Assembly: GCA_040235495.1 (NCBI GenBank)
Contig: JBECKV010000147.1
Span: 1 to 54,198, forward strand
Direction: 5' to 3'
Length of the DNA stretch: 54,198 nucleotides
Source of the DNA: Porticoccaceae bacterium
GTDB taxonomy: Bacteria; Pseudomonadota; Gammaproteobacteria; Pseudomonadales; Porticoccaceae
Shown: in pieces, positions 1 through 11,238 of the stretch
Layout of the letters: each line of letters begins with the position of its first letter
Numbering within the stretch: the stretch's first letter is position 1
Program-made: the position numbers and the translations under genes
The notes under the pieces: model-generated
Told to the model about the DNA's origin: nothing
What the model saw: the letters and a program-made list of their open reading frames with translations, nothing else
The model's database searches: none

Positions 1-18
1 GCGAAAAACACCCGCCCG

Positions 19-1065
19 CTATTCACTCGGCGGCGGCGTGGAAACATACCGGTAATATATCCTTCCCCCTTCTTCCTTCAGCTCCGCATGACCGCCGGCT
101 TCGAGAATATCGCAGTGGCCCAGAATCTCCGACATGACCGGTACCACCTGGTCCTGCCAGGCTTTGGGAAAGAGTTCCTTGCCGATTTCCATGGGCGTCA
201 TCCATTGATTTTTTTCCAGTATTCGGCTGATCTTCAACAGCCGCCTGTCGGTGGCGAGGGTGTAGGACTCGATCAGGTCGCGATGATCGAGAATGGGTTC
301 GCCGTGAGAGGGATACGTCACTCTGGCGGGGTAGGGCGCGACTTTGGCCAGGGAGTCCTGGTACTCCACCAGTGACGGCGGTCTGGGATCGGTCTTGCTC
401 CGGGGTATCTGCAGCAGGCATACCGGGGTGATATGGGGCAGCAGGTGGTCGCCGGAAAAGAACACCTGGCTCTCGGGCTGCCAGTAGACGACTTCGTCGG
501 GGCAGTGGCCCGGGGTATGAACGGTTTCAAGATTGAAGCCCGGTATGTCGATGCACTCGCCATCCTTGAGCAGGTGGGTGGGCTCCATGGGGTCGTAGGT
601 GGCGGCAAAGCCGGTTCGCCGGGCCAGGGCTTTTTCGACGATTTCCTGCTCAACGCCCCACAGCGAATAATAGTACAGCTCCATTTCCAGCCGTTCCGGC
701 GGCGGGCGCATTCTCTCCTGGGTAATCCAGAGGTTTTCGTGGGCCCACAGCTCGCAGCCCGAGGCCTCGTGGATGCGGGACGCCTGGCCGTAATGGTCGG
801 TATGCCCGTGAGTGAGCAGAATCCTGCTGATGTCCTCGATGCGGCAGCCTAATTTTTTCAGCCCCTTGTTGAGGGCTTCCCAGGCTTCATCGGAACGCAC
901 GCCGGTGTCGATCAGGATCAGATCGTTGACGCCTTCTTCAGGGAATATCAGGTAGCTATTGATATCACCGAGCCCGGGAAAGCCGGAAGGCGTGGGTATG
1001 CGCCCGATCCGGGTGGAGCTTTCCCTGTCGGTAAACCGTCGAACGTCGACTTCTTCTTTGGCCAT
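19..1065 (-). CDS. MBL-fold metallo-hydrolase (348 aa)
   Basis: Full-length ORF. It has the HxHxDH zinc motif 'LTHGHTDHYG' and later His ligands ('HTPGH', 'PSHGE') typical of the metallo-beta-lactamase fold. It is divergent from rpsB. Confidence 0.85.
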   Translation of the reverse strand: MAKEEVDVRRFTDRESSTRIGRIPTPSGFPGLGDINSYLIFPEEGVNDLILIDTGVRSDEAWEALNKGLKKLGCRIEDISRILLTHGHTDHYGQASRIHEASGCELWAHENLWITQERMRPPPERLEMELYYYSLWGVEQEIVEKALARRTGFAATYDPMEPTHLLKDGECIDIPGFNLETVHTPGHCPDEVVYWQPESQVFFSGDHLLPHITPVCLLQIPRSKTDPRPPSLVEYQDSLAKVAPYPARVTYPSHGEPILDHRDLIESYTLATDRRLLKISRILEKNQWMTPMEIGKELFPKAWQDQVVPVMSEILGHCDILEAGGHAELKEEGGRIYYRYVSTPPPSE

Positions 1066-1232
1066 GAAAACTCGTTAGCGGCGCTCTACGCAGCCGTCTT
1101 TGCATTTATGGGAAAGGGCTATGATGGCTAAAACCGGAAGAATAGGGAAGGGGTTTTAAAGATAACTGGCAGTAATATCACATTGGCGCGGCCGCCAAAA
1201 CCACCAGCCCTGGTTTCAATAAATGGCCTGGA

Positions 1233-1243
1233 TGTGGTATAAA
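1233..1243 (+). promoter_or_regulatory. Candidate extended -10 promoter of rpsB (TGTGGTATAAA)
   Basis: The sequence TGTGGTATAAA lies about 170 nt upstream of the rpsB ATG. As I recall, the same extended -10 element and a ~160-nt leader are described for gammaproteobacterial rpsB-tsf operons. No transcript data are available here. Confidence 0.5.
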
Positions 1244-1412
1244 GCGCGCCCGGCGGCAGGACCGTCGGAATAAACCACTAAATTCTACATATACCGGCAC
1301 ATTGGTCCGGGTGCCCGATTTGATTTGTTCAGCGCTTACCGGCGTTGATCAGCAAGGCGGGTTGGCCAATGGGGTATATGGATGTTTAACCCTAAATCGA
1401 GGAAGTTTACCC

Positions 1413-2183
1413 ATGCCCAGCGTTTCCATGCGCGATATGTTGCAGGCCGGCGTGCATTTCGGCCACCAGACCCGTTTCTGGAACCCGAAAATGAGCTCGT
1501 ATATTTTCGGTGCTCGCAACCGGATTCACGTTATCAATCTAGAACATACCCTGCCGGCGTTTAACAATGCCCTGGAGCAGGTGCGGCAACTGAGCGCCAA
1601 TGGCAACAAAATATTGTTTGTTGGCACCAAGCGAGCCGCGCAAAAGGCGATCAGGGAGCAGGCCGAGCGGGCCGGCATGCCTTACGTCAGCAACCGCTGG
1701 CTGGGCGGCATGCTGACCAATTACAAAACTATTCGGGCGTCGATCAAGCGCTATCGCGACCTGGAGGCCCAGAGTAAGGACGGCACTTTCGATAAGCTCA
1801 CTAAAAAAGAAGGTTTGATGCGCTTGCGCAGCATGGAAAAACTGGAGCGCTCCATCGGTGGTATCAAGAACATGGGTGGCCTCCCCGACGCGCTGTTTGT
1901 GATCGATGTCGACCATGAGCGTATCGCCGTGCAGGAAGCCAACAAGCTCGGTATTCCCGTCATTGGCATTGTTGATACCAATAGCGACCCGGATGGCATC
2001 GATGTCGTTATCCCCGGTAACGATGACGCAATTCGCGCGATCAATCTTTACACCGTCGCCATGGCTGATGCGATTCTGGCGGGCAAGTCCGGTAAGGGCG
2101 GGCTGGCCGCTCAGGATGAATTCGTCGAGATCACCGAGGAAGAAACAGCGGCGGCAGCGACCGAACCAGAAGGCGAGAAATAA
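1413..2183 (+). CDS. rpsB: 30S ribosomal protein S2
   Basis: The N-terminus '[27 protein letters not shown]' is canonical S2. The ATG at 1413 is preceded by AGGAAG. The ORF-track start at 1302 is an upstream in-frame extension. Confidence 0.97.
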   Translation: MPSVSMRDMLQAGVHFGHQTRFWNPKMSSYIFGARNRIHVINLEHTLPAFNNALEQVRQLSANGNKILFVGTKRAAQKAIREQAERAGMPYVSNRWLGGMLTNYKTIRASIKRYRDLEAQSKDGTFDKLTKKEGLMRLRSMEKLERSIGGIKNMGGLPDALFVIDVDHERIAVQEANKLGIPVIGIVDTNSDPDGIDVVIPGNDDAIRAINLYTVAMADAILAGKSGKGGLAAQDEFVEITEEETAAAATEPEGEK

Positions 2184-2227
2184 GCCCGAACCGGTGATAT
2201 GCCGAACTGAGCGGCTAATCGCTGATT

Positions 2228-2250
2228 AAGGGGGCACTGCCCCCTTTTGT
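2228..2250 (+). terminator. Intrinsic hairpin and T-run between rpsB and tsf (likely attenuator)
   Basis: GGGGGC-act-GCCCCC stem (2230-2235 pairs with 2239-2244) followed by TTTTGT. Its position between rpsB and tsf matches the partial terminator known in E. coli. Confidence 0.6.
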
Positions 2251-2283
2251 GAATTTGAAAGAGAACATTGAGAGGATCTGTCC

Positions 2284-3150
2284 ATGACTGCAATCAAAGC
2301 GTCTCAGGTGAAGGAGCTCCGTGAGCGCACCGGTCTGGGAATGATGGAATGTAAAAAGGCCCTGGTGGAAGCAGGTGGCGATATTGATAAGGCCATTGAA
2401 GATCTGCGTAAGTCCAGTGGTCTGAAGGCCGCCAAGAAAGCCGGGCGTATCGCCGCCGATGGCATGGTAAAGGTCAAAGTCGCTGATGATAATAGCTACG
2501 GTGTGCTGGTTGAGGTGAATTCAGAAACCGATTTCGTTGCTCGCGATAATAATTTTCAGGCCTTTGTGGACGCGGTTGTCGACAAGGCCTTTGCCGGCAA
2601 ATTTAATTCCATTGAAGCGCTGATGGACGGGGAAATGGAATCCGCACGCGAAGCCCTGGTGCAGAAAATTGGTGAAAATATCAATGTTCGCCGTGTCGCG
2701 CTGGTGGACGGTCCGGTGGTGGATGGTTACGTTCACAGCAATAATCGGATAGCCGTGCTGGTTGCCCTCAAAGGGGGCAATAACGAAGTCGCCCGGGACG
2801 TTGCCATGCATGTGGCGGCGGTTAACCCCCAGGTGGCCAAGCCGGAGGACATGCCCGCGGATGTGGTCGCCAAGGAAAAGGAAATTTACCTGGCCCAGGC
2901 CCGTGAGAGCGGCAAGCCAGACGATATTATTGAAAAAATGGTTGTTGGCCGCGTCAACAAATTTCTCGCTGAATGCAGTCTCGTTGAACAGGCCTTTGTC
3001 AAGGATCCCGATATCAAGGTCGGCAAATTACTGAGTCAGGCAGGCGCCGATATCACCGGATTCGTCCGTTACGAAGTGGGTGAAGGCATCGAGGTCGAAG
3101 AAGAAGATTTTGCCGCCGAAGTCGCCGCGCAATTGAGTGGCAAGAGCTGA
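2284..3150 (+). CDS. tsf: Elongation factor Ts
   Basis: The N-terminal UBA-like segment '[39 protein letters not shown]' is diagnostic. It lies immediately downstream of rpsB. Confidence 0.97.
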   Translation: MTAIKASQVKELRERTGLGMMECKKALVEAGGDIDKAIEDLRKSSGLKAAKKAGRIAADGMVKVKVADDNSYGVLVEVNSETDFVARDNNFQAFVDAVVDKAFAGKFNSIEALMDGEMESAREALVQKIGENINVRRVALVDGPVVDGYVHSNNRIAVLVALKGGNNEVARDVAMHVAAVNPQVAKPEDMPADVVAKEKEIYLAQARESGKPDDIIEKMVVGRVNKFLAECSLVEQAFVKDPDIKVGKLLSQAGADITGFVRYEVGEGIEVEEEDFAAEVAAQLSGKS

Positions 3151-3170
3151 TCCGAACATCTGGAGTCAGG

Positions 3171-3929
3171 ATGGGCACGACCGCCAAGAAAGATAAAAAA
3201 TATAAGCGGATTCTCCTCAAGCTCAGCGGCGAGGAGCTGGTCGGCGAAGAGGGCTTTGGCATCGACCCCAAGGTTCTGGATCGCATGGCCCTGGAGATCG
3301 GTCAGTTGGTCGGTATCGGGGTGCAGGTCGGCCTGGTCATCGGCGGCGGTAACCTGTTTCGGGGCGCCGCCCTCAACGCTGCCGGCATGGAAAGAGTCAC
3401 GGGTGACCACATGGGCATGCTGGCCACCGTGATGAATGGTCTGGCCATGCGCGATGCCCTCGATCGTAACAACGTCTCGGCTCGCGTCATGTCGGCGATT
3501 CCCATGAGCGGAGTGGTCGAACACTATGATCGACGCCGGGCCATGACCTACCTGTCCGCGGGGGAAGTGGTGATTTTCTCGGCTGGTACCGGCAATCCCT
3601 TCTTTACCACCGATTCGGCTGCCTGCCTGCGGGGCATTGAAATTAACGCCGAGTTGGTGCTGAAGGCGACACGGGTGGACGGAGTGTATTCCGCCGATCC
3701 CCTGAAAGTGCCTGACGCTGTCCTGTTTGCTCGCCTCACCTATGATCAGGTGCTGGATCAGAAACTGGAAGTCATGGATTTAACGGCAATCTGTCTCTGT
3801 CGTGAGCACAATATGCCCGTGAGGGTGTTCCGCATGTCAAAGCCCGGCGCATTATTGAGTATAGTAGTGGGCGGTGATGAAGGCACGTTGATCGAAGAGT
3901 CGACCGAGGAAACGAGAGGCCCGACATGA
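3171..3929 (+). CDS. pyrH: UMP kinase
   Basis: '[13 protein letters not shown]' and '[10 protein letters not shown]' are amino-acid-kinase motifs. Conserved position between tsf and frr. Confidence 0.97.
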   Translation: MGTTAKKDKKYKRILLKLSGEELVGEEGFGIDPKVLDRMALEIGQLVGIGVQVGLVIGGGNLFRGAALNAAGMERVTGDHMGMLATVMNGLAMRDALDRNNVSARVMSAIPMSGVVEHYDRRRAMTYLSAGEVVIFSAGTGNPFFTTDSAACLRGIEINAELVLKATRVDGVYSADPLKVPDAVLFARLTYDQVLDQKLEVMDLTAICLCREHNMPVRVFRMSKPGALLSIVVGGDEGTLIEESTEETRGPT

Positions 3930-4483
3930 TAAAAGAACTGAAACAGGACGCCGCCGAGCGCATGGAGAAAAGCGTCGAAGCCCTGGGCCGGGCGATGAAC
4001 AAAATCCGCACTGGTCGCGCTCACCCGAGTATTCTCGAAGCCATAACCGTGCCCTATTACGGCAGCGAAACTCCGCTGACTCAGGTGGCCAATATCACCG
4101 TGGTGGATGCGCGCACGCTGGCGATTACACCCTGGGAAAAAAGCCTGGTCGGGAGCATAGAAAAAGCCATCCTCAAGTCCGACCTCGGTGTCAATCCGGC
4201 CACGGCCGGGGACGTTATTCGCATTCCCATGCCGCCGCTAACCGAAGAGACCCGCAAGGGTTTTATCCGCATGGCGCGCCAGGAAGCGGAAAACGCCAGG
4301 GTATCGGTGCGTAATATTCGTCGTGATGTTCTGTCCGATTTCAAGGACCTGTTAAAAGACAAGGAAATTACCGAGGACGAGGAGCGCGGTGCTCAGGATG
4401 ATGTGCAAAAATTGACCGACCGTTATATTGGTCTGGTTGATGAGGCGCTGGCGGAAAAAGAAAAGGATCTGCTGGAGATCTGA
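3926..4483 (+). CDS. frr: Ribosome recycling factor
   Basis: 185 aa, with an RRF-like N-terminus '[20 protein letters not shown]...[10 protein letters not shown]'. Its ATG overlaps the pyrH stop (ATGA). Confidence 0.97.
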   Translation: MIKELKQDAAERMEKSVEALGRAMNKIRTGRAHPSILEAITVPYYGSETPLTQVANITVVDARTLAITPWEKSLVGSIEKAILKSDLGVNPATAGDVIRIPMPPLTEETRKGFIRMARQEAENARVSVRNIRRDVLSDFKDLLKDKEITEDEERGAQDDVQKLTDRYIGLVDEALAEKEKDLLEI

Positions 4484-4510
4484 ATTGATCGGCCTGCTGC
4501 GGGCGCCGCC

Positions 4511-5269
4511 ATGACGGATGTGCGCGAACTCGATCCGCCGACGCCATTGCGCCATGTGGCCATCATCATGGATGGTAACAACCGCTGGGCTCGCAAGCAT
4601 CAGCTCGGCGGCATCAGTGGTCACCGTCACGGCGTTGAAAATGTCCGCAAGGTACTTGGCGCCTGTCGTCGCCACAACATCGAAACCCTCACGCTGTTCG
4701 CATTCAGCAGCGAAAACTGGCAACGTCCACCCGCCGAAGTGCGGGGATTGATGTCACTGTTCGCCACCTATATTCGCAACGAATCCCGCAAACTAAAGGA
4801 CGAAGGCGTGAGCCTGAAAATCATCGGCGAGCGTGGGCGTTTTAGTCAGGGCTTGCGTCGGCGCATTGAACTGGCGGAAAAGCTCACCGAAGGAGGTGAC
4901 TCCAGTCTGGTGCTGGCGGTCGATTACGGCGGCCGCTGGGACATCACCCGTGCCGCCCGTAGTCTGGCCGAACAGGTGGAGCAGGGAAGGATCCGCCCCG
5001 AGGATATCACCGAAGGGGTGGTTGAGCGGGAATTGTGTCTCGCCGGATTCGCCCCGCCAGACCTGTGTATACGCACGGCGGGCGAGCAGCGCATCAGTAA
5101 TTTCCTGCTCTGGCAGCTAGCCTATACCGAATTTCACTTCACGCCCTGTTACTGGCCCGACTTTGGCGAACAGGCTTTCGATGAAGCGGTGGAGGAATAT
5201 TACCGTCGCCAGCGTCGCTTTGGCCTCAGCTCCAGCCAGTTAGATTTCCCAGACCGGGAAAGCGCCTGA
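4511..5269 (+). CDS. uppS: Ditrans,polycis-undecaprenyl-diphosphate synthase
   Basis: 'HVAIIMDGNNRWA' and 'LTLFAFSSENWQRP' are cis-prenyltransferase motifs. Conserved position after frr. Confidence 0.95.
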   Translation: MTDVRELDPPTPLRHVAIIMDGNNRWARKHQLGGISGHRHGVENVRKVLGACRRHNIETLTLFAFSSENWQRPPAEVRGLMSLFATYIRNESRKLKDEGVSLKIIGERGRFSQGLRRRIELAEKLTEGGDSSLVLAVDYGGRWDITRAARSLAEQVEQGRIRPEDITEGVVERELCLAGFAPPDLCIRTAGEQRISNFLLWQLAYTEFHFTPCYWPDFGEQAFDEAVEEYYRRQRRFGLSSSQLDFPDRESA

Positions 5270-6108
5270 TGCTGCGCCAGCGGGTTACCACGGCACTGGT
5301 GCTGGCAGCGTTTTTTTTCGGGGCACTATTTGGAACCACCACCGCTGTATTTCTGGGGCTGATGGCTTTGGTCGTCGCTTACGCCGCGTGGGAATGGAGT
5401 GCGCTAGCGGCTATTGAATCTCGAGTCTGGCGGGGTTTGTATGTGCTGCTGGCGGCCGCGCTCCTCGCGGGCCTGGTGTTCTATTTCCGCTTTGACCATC
5501 GCAGTTTGTTCGACCCCCGAATAGACATTTTACTGGCCTGGGCCTCCGGCTGGTGGGCGCTGGCGCTGTTGTGGGTGCAAAGTTACCCGGCCAGCGCCAT
5601 ACTGTGGGGACGCAGCTGGATCGGCGCCGTGATGGGGGTGATGGTGCTGTTACCCACCTGGATAGCCATGGCGGTACTGATTAGTGCACCCCATGGCCCA
5701 TGGCTGGTGCTTGGTGTCGTGGCGCTGGTGGCGCTGGCCGACATCGCTGCTTTTTTCACCGGTAGGCGGTTCGGGCGTACTAAACTGGCGCCCAAAGTCA
5801 GTCCCGGCAAAACCTGGGAGGGCCTCGGTGGGGGCCTCGGCGCCACGGTGCTGGCGACACTGCTCTTTGTCTGGATAGCTGCACCCTCGGGACACTGGTG
5901 GGCGTGGCTGTTGCTGACGCTGATTACCGGGCTGGCATCGGTGCTGGGGGATCTGGTTGAGAGTATGGTCAAGCGGCATCGCGGGGTAAAGGACAGCGGC
6001 GCTATTTTGCCCGGGCACGGCGGCGTGCTGGACCGCATGGACAGCCTCACCGCGGCGCTACCCGTTTTCACGCTGCTCTACAGCCTGCTGTATCAAAAAC
6101 TATGGTAA
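5269..6108 (+). CDS. cdsA: Phosphatidate cytidylyltransferase
   Basis: Polytopic membrane protein with the C-terminal CDS signature '[28 protein letters not shown]'. Its start overlaps the uppS stop. Confidence 0.9.
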   Translation: MLRQRVTTALVLAAFFFGALFGTTTAVFLGLMALVVAYAAWEWSALAAIESRVWRGLYVLLAAALLAGLVFYFRFDHRSLFDPRIDILLAWASGWWALALLWVQSYPASAILWGRSWIGAVMGVMVLLPTWIAMAVLISAPHGPWLVLGVVALVALADIAAFFTGRRFGRTKLAPKVSPGKTWEGLGGGLGATVLATLLFVWIAAPSGHWWAWLLLTLITGLASVLGDLVESMVKRHRGVKDSGAILPGHGGVLDRMDSLTAALPVFTLLYSLLYQKLW

Positions 6109-6175
6109 GCGACTTCACCGAGGCACATTGCGCGGTTCATCCGCTCCCGGCCTTTTCGCGGCGGAGGGACTGGTA

Positions 6176-7372
6176 ATGCAGGGTATCAGCGTGCTCGGCT
6201 CTACTGGCTCCATCGGTGTCAGCACACTGGACGTCGTGGCCCGTCATTTGGACAGGTATCGAGTGATTGCCCTGAGCGGCCATTCCCGTCTCGACCGTCT
6301 GGTAGAACAGTGTCGGCGTTTTCAGCCGCGCTTTGTCGTGGTTCCCGACCACGAGGCCGCGGTGACCATCCAGGCGAACCTGCCCGAGAGTGTCAATGTT
6401 CTGACGGGCGCCGAGGGGCTGAGCGCCATCGCCAGTCACGAGGATGCCGACATCGTTATGGCGGCCATCGTCGGCGCCGCCGGTCTGGCATCGACCCTGG
6501 CGGCGGTGCGCGCCGGCAAGAAAGTCCTGCTGGCCAACAAGGAAGCGCTGGTAATGGCCGGCCCCCTGTTTATGGACGCGGTGCGCACCCACGACGCAAA
6601 GCTGTTGCCCATTGACAGCGAGCACAATGCGATTTTTCAGTGTTTGCCCCAGGGCTTTGTCTGCGGTGAACTCCGTGTGGGCAAGCGGCAGTCAAGCATT
6701 CCCGGCGTGCGCAAGCTGCTGTTATCCGGATCCGGTGGACCGTTTCGGGAAACGCCCCTGGAGCACTTACGCGACGTCACCCCGGATCAGGCCTGCGCCC
6801 ACCCGAACTGGCGGATGGGCCGAAAAATATCGGTGGATTCGGCGACCATGATGAACAAGGGCCTGGAGCTGATCGAGGCCTGCTGGTTGTTTGATGTCCC
6901 GGAAACCGCGATAGAAATCGTCATTCATCCCCAGAGCATTGTGCACTCCCTGGTCGAATATACCGATGGCTCCGTGCTTGCCCAGCTGGGCAACCCGGAT
7001 ATGCGCACGCCCATAGCCCATGGTCTGGCCTGGCCGGAACGCATCGAGTCGGGGGTGGCGGGCCTGGATCTGGCGGCTCTGGGGACCCTGCAGTTTGAAG
7101 CACCGAACATACGGCGTTTTCCTTGTCTGGGTCTGGCCAGGGACGCAGCCAGGTCCCTGGGCGACGCGCCCGCGGCCCTCAATGCCGCCAATGAAGTGGC
7201 AGTCGCGGCTTTTCTCGATCAGCGCATTCCTTTTACCGGTATCAGCGAAATCGTCGATGGCGTGATGCAGACCTGGATCGTCAGTGAACCCGCTTGCCTG
7301 GAGGCAGTCCAAGAAGCCGATGCCCGGGCGCGAGATTCAGCACGCCGATTGCTGGGGGGACGCGTACAATAG
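6176..7372 (+). CDS. dxr: 1-deoxy-D-xylulose-5-phosphate reductoisomerase
   Basis: NADPH-binding motif '[17 protein letters not shown]', plus 'LANKEALV' and '[12 protein letters not shown]'. The ATG at 6176 has GGAGGGA upstream. The ORF-track TTG at 6128 is probably an extension. Confidence 0.95.
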   Translation: MQGISVLGSTGSIGVSTLDVVARHLDRYRVIALSGHSRLDRLVEQCRRFQPRFVVVPDHEAAVTIQANLPESVNVLTGAEGLSAIASHEDADIVMAAIVGAAGLASTLAAVRAGKKVLLANKEALVMAGPLFMDAVRTHDAKLLPIDSEHNAIFQCLPQGFVCGELRVGKRQSSIPGVRKLLLSGSGGPFRETPLEHLRDVTPDQACAHPNWRMGRKISVDSATMMNKGLELIEACWLFDVPETAIEIVIHPQSIVHSLVEYTDGSVLAQLGNPDMRTPIAHGLAWPERIESGVAGLDLAALGTLQFEAPNIRRFPCLGLARDAARSLGDAPAALNAANEVAVAAFLDQRIPFTGISEIVDGVMQTWIVSEPACLEAVQEADARARDSARRLLGGRVQ

Positions 7373-7454
7373 GCGTCTCGAAACAGCAAGTGGGTTTAAG
7401 ACGTCGGGAGGGTAAAATGCCGGGAGTTTCGACCAGTTTGGGAGCGGTGGACTA

Positions 7455-8810
7455 ATGGCGGTAATCGAAACGATTTTTTATACACTGATTGTCCTCGGTG
7501 TGTTGGTGACGTTCCACGAATTCGGCCACTTTTGGGTGGCGCGGCGCTGCGGTATTCGGGTACTGCGATTTTCCATAGGCTTCGGACCCGCGCTGCTGCG
7601 CTGGCGAGACCGCAAGGATACGGAGTTTGTTATCGCCGCACTGCCCCTGGGTGGCTACGTGAAAATGCTGGATGAGAGGGAAGGTGAGGTGGCTGCGACC
7701 GATCTTCATCAGGCCTTTAATCGCAAGCCGGTCGCGCAGCGGATGGCGACTGTCGCGGCCGGTCCTCTGGCCAATTTCCTGCTGGCCGTCCTGGCATACT
7801 GGATAGTATTCATGATCGGGGTGCGGGGGATAGCGCCTATTATCGATAGTGTCGAACCCGGCTCCATTGCCGACCTGGCCGGATTGGAGAAAGGACAGGA
7901 AATTATCGCGGTAGATGGTAAAGCGGTTGCCAACTGGCAGGATCTCGGTGAGAGCCTAGTCAATCGTATCGGTGAAAATGGCGTCATTCGCTTCACGGTG
8001 CGATATCCGGATTCGAATTTCGAATATGAAAGCGAAGCACCGTTGCACGGGTGGGATATCGACGCCAGGGAGCCCGATCCCATCGGTGGCATCGGTGTCA
8101 CCCTGTTTCGGCCGCGGGTGTTGCCTATTGCGGATCAGATCACGCCCGATGGCGCCGCGGATCAGGCTGGAATGAAAAGCGGGGATCGGGTGCTGGCCGT
8201 GGACGGCAAGGTTATCGAAGACTGGTCCGAGTGGGTGGATTATGTGCGCGCCCGCCCCGGGCAGGACATGTCGGTGCTGATCGAGCGTGACACCCAGACC
8301 CTGACCCTGGAAATAACGCCCCAATCAGTGATTGACGACGCTAACCACGCGATTGGTCAGGTGGGAATGTCGGTGCGCGCGCCGGCATGGCCGGAAGAGC
8401 TCTACCGTGACAATCAGTATGGCCCATTGGCCGCCTTTTCCAGGGCCTGGTCACAGACCGCCAAGACCACGCTGATGATTTTGAGCTCGGTGAAGAAGAT
8501 GATCTTTGGTGATATTTCCCTGGATCACTTGAGTGGCCCAATCACCATTGCTAAAGTAGCGGGCGCTTCGGCCAGTTACGGGCTGGTGGCGTTTCTCCAG
8601 TTCATGGCGCTGCTCAGCGTCAGTCTGGGGGTGCTGAATCTGCTGCCCATACCGGTGCTGGATGGCGGCCACCTGGCGTACTATTTCGCGGAATTGATCA
8701 AGGGTAGTCCGGTGTCAATGAGAACCCAGGAGCTGGGTTACCGGCTTGGCCTGTTTTTAATTGTCGGACTGATGGTGCTGGCGCTGTACAACGATATTGC
8801 ACGGCTATAA
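7455..8810 (+). CDS. rseP: RIP zinc metalloprotease RseP
   Basis: HEFGH motif in TM1 ('VTFHEFGHFWVAR'), tandem PDZ-like central region, and C-terminal 'NLLPIPVLDGGH'. Confidence 0.95.
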   Translation: MAVIETIFYTLIVLGVLVTFHEFGHFWVARRCGIRVLRFSIGFGPALLRWRDRKDTEFVIAALPLGGYVKMLDEREGEVAATDLHQAFNRKPVAQRMATVAAGPLANFLLAVLAYWIVFMIGVRGIAPIIDSVEPGSIADLAGLEKGQEIIAVDGKAVANWQDLGESLVNRIGENGVIRFTVRYPDSNFEYESEAPLHGWDIDAREPDPIGGIGVTLFRPRVLPIADQITPDGAADQAGMKSGDRVLAVDGKVIEDWSEWVDYVRARPGQDMSVLIERDTQTLTLEITPQSVIDDANHAIGQVGMSVRAPAWPEELYRDNQYGPLAAFSRAWSQTAKTTLMILSSVKKMIFGDISLDHLSGPITIAKVAGASASYGLVAFLQFMALLSVSLGVLNLLPIPVLDGGHLAYYFAELIKGSPVSMRTQELGYRLGLFLIVGLMVLALYNDIARL

Positions 8811-8864
8811 CTGATTGTTTATAACCGGCCCCAACTAAAAGACACTATAGTCCGAATACATTTG

Positions 8865-11195
8865 ATGAAACTATTTTCTTCACCGCTAGCGCCGTCGCTG
8901 TTATTACTACTTTTCTTCTCTCGGTTGGCTAACGCTGAACTGTTTCAGATCGAGGATATACGGGTAGACGGGCTGCAGCGTGTTTCGGCCGGAACGGTGT
9001 TTGCCGCGCTGCCGGTACAGGCCGGGGATCTGGTCGACGAAGAAAATCTCCGGGGCGCTACCCGCGCATTGTTCCAAACCGGATATTTCGACGACATCCG
9101 GATCGCTCGCGAAAACAACATCCTGGTAATTATTGTCACCGAGCGGCCAGCGGTCGCGGAAATAACGATCAGCGGTAACAAGGCCATCGAGACGGATCAG
9201 CTGCTGCAGGCGCTACGTGATGCCGGCCTCGACGAGGGCCAAATTTTCCGGGAGGCGGTGTTGCAGGGGATGAGTCAGGAGCTGCGCCGCCAGTATGTTT
9301 CCCAGGGTCGTTACGGCGCCAATGTTAGCGCTGATGTCACGGAATTGCCGCGCAACCGCGTGGCGGTGGCGCTGACCATCGATGAAGGCTCCGTGGCGGC
9401 AATCAAACATATCAATATCGTTGGCAACAGGGTTTTTGACGATGACACCCTGATCAAGCTGTTCGAACTGAAAACCTCGGGCTTGCTGTCATTTTTTACC
9501 AATGATGACAAATATGCGCGGGAGAAATTATCGGGTGACCTGGAACGGCTGGAGTCCTGGTATTTGGATCGCGGTTATCTCAAGTTTTCGGTTGACTCGA
9601 CCCAGGTATCCATCAATCCGGATCGGGATACGGTTTTTATCACCGTTAACATCAGTGAGGGTGAGGTTTATACGGTCAACAAGGTCGAGCTGGCCGGCGA
9701 GCTGATACTGCCCGAGGAACAGATGCGTGCCTTGATTCTCATGCGCGAGGGGCTGACTTACTCCCAGGCGCTGATGACCAAAACCAAGGAATTTTTAACC
9801 AAGCGGCTGGGCGCCGAGGGTTATACCTTCGCGGAGGTGGAGGCCTATCCGGAAGTTAATGACGAGGATCAGACGGCCAAGGTCACGTTTTTCGTCAATC
9901 CCGGCAAACGCGCCTACGTGCGTCGCATCGAATTCCGGGGCAATACCAAAACCGATGACGAGGTATTGCGCAGAGAGATGCGCCAGCTGGAAGCGGCGTC
10001 CGCGTCGACTGAGTTGATCGAACATTCGAAGGTCCGGCTTGAACGCCTTGGTCATTTCAAGGAAGTCAAAGTGGAAACCCAGGAAGTGCCTGGCACCAAC
10101 GATCAACTGGACGTGTTTTACACGGTCGAGGAGCAACCGTCCGGCAGCGTCGGCGCCAGCCTTGGTGTTGCCCAGGGCTCTGGCCTGATTCTCGGCGGTA
10201 ATATTCAGGAAAAGAATTTCCTGGGAACCGGCTACGCGGTCAGTTTCGGCGTCACCCGCAGTCGCTATCGCACCAGCGCCATCGTTGCCGCCACCGACCC
10301 CTATTTCACCAAGGACGGCGTCAGCGCCGGTTATCGTTTTTCCTTCACCTCAACCGACTATGGTGACTTTGATGTCGCTGAATATACGTCCGACAGTTTT
10401 GTCACCGGCGTTACCTTCGGGTATCCCCTGAGTGAAATCTCGCGCATCAGCTATGGTGTCAGCGTCGAGAGCCTGTCCATAGACGTAGGTATTTTCCCCT
10501 CGCTGGAGATCGTCCAGTTTATTCAGGATAATGGCGATAATTACTCCTTCTTGACCGGCAACCTCAACTGGACCCGTTCGACCCTGAATCGGGGCATTCT
10601 GGCAACTCGCGGGGCTTCCCAGAGCGCCGGGGTGGAGTTCACCGTGCCGGGCGCTGATCTCGAATACATGAAGTTCAACTATAACGGACAAGTTTTCCAG
10701 CCGCTCACGGACAGCCTGACCCTGCGTATGCGCACCACCCTGGGTTATGGCATCGGCCTGGGTGACAGCGATCGCCTGCCGTTTTTCAAAAACTACTATG
10801 GTGGCGGATTCAATTCCGTGCGTGGTTTCAAGCGCAACTCCCTCGGCCCTCAGGACACCCCGGTGCCCGGTTTTGATGATCCCGACCCCTTTGGCGGCAA
10901 CGTCGAGATTGTCGGTAGTGCCGAGTTGATTTTCCCGGTGCCATTCATGAAGGATAACCGCAGTGTCCAGGCGGCGGTGTTCTTTGACGCCGGCAATATC
11001 TTTGATACCGAATGTAATGAATTCCAGAAAAACTGTCATACCCCGGATTTGGGAGAACTGAGGTACTCATTCGGGATTGGCGGCACCTGGCTCAGTGGCT
11101 TTGGGCCGATTACTGTGAGTTTGGCCTCGCCGCTCAATGACGGTGAGTTTGACGAAACAGAAGTCTTCCAGTTCTCCATGGGACAGGGTTTCTGA
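8865..11195 (+). CDS. bamA: Outer membrane protein assembly factor BamA
   Basis: Signal peptide ending '...SRLANA'. POTRA-type N-terminus ('IEDIRVDGLQRVS'). Large C-terminal beta-barrel ending in an aromatic residue ('QFSMGQGF'). Conserved rseP-bamA-skp order. Confidence 0.95.
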   Translation: MKLFSSPLAPSLLLLLFFSRLANAELFQIEDIRVDGLQRVSAGTVFAALPVQAGDLVDEENLRGATRALFQTGYFDDIRIARENNILVIIVTERPAVAEITISGNKAIETDQLLQALRDAGLDEGQIFREAVLQGMSQELRRQYVSQGRYGANVSADVTELPRNRVAVALTIDEGSVAAIKHINIVGNRVFDDDTLIKLFELKTSGLLSFFTNDDKYAREKLSGDLERLESWYLDRGYLKFSVDSTQVSINPDRDTVFITVNISEGEVYTVNKVELAGELILPEEQMRALILMREGLTYSQALMTKTKEFLTKRLGAEGYTFAEVEAYPEVNDEDQTAKVTFFVNPGKRAYVRRIEFRGNTKTDDEVLRREMRQLEAASASTELIEHSKVRLERLGHFKEVKVETQEVPGTNDQLDVFYTVEEQPSGSVGASLGVAQGSGLILGGNIQEKNFLGTGYAVSFGVTRSRYRTSAIVAATDPYFTKDGVSAGYRFSFTSTDYGDFDVAEYTSDSFVTGVTFGYPLSEISRISYGVSVESLSIDVGIFPSLEIVQFIQDNGDNYSFLTGNLNWTRSTLNRGILATRGASQSAGVEFTVPGADLEYMKFNYNGQVFQPLTDSLTLRMRTTLGYGIGLGDSDRLPFFKNYYGGGFNSVRGFKRNSLGPQDTPVPGFDDPDPFGGNVEIVGSAELIFPVPFMKDNRSVQAAVFFDAGNIFDTECNEFQKNCHTPDLGELRYSFGIGGTWLSGFGPITVSLASPLNDGEFDETEVFQFSMGQGF

Positions 11196-11238
11196 TTTCC
11201 GGTTTAATTTAAGTTTGTTGGGTAGAAAAGGGGATCAT

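Noticed and set aside
1302-1412. N-terminal extensions offered by the ORF track. Affected genes are rpsB (1302), dxr (6128), skp (11137), lpxD (11804), the KAS III gene (16089), pyrG (23353), ftsB (27190), truD (29159), pcm (30418), rpoS (33112), fdxA (34512), the M23 peptidase (43177) and csrA (49227).
   Set aside because: Canonical family N-termini and SD sequences occur at internal start codons. The extensions often overlap the upstream gene or have non-protein-like sequence.
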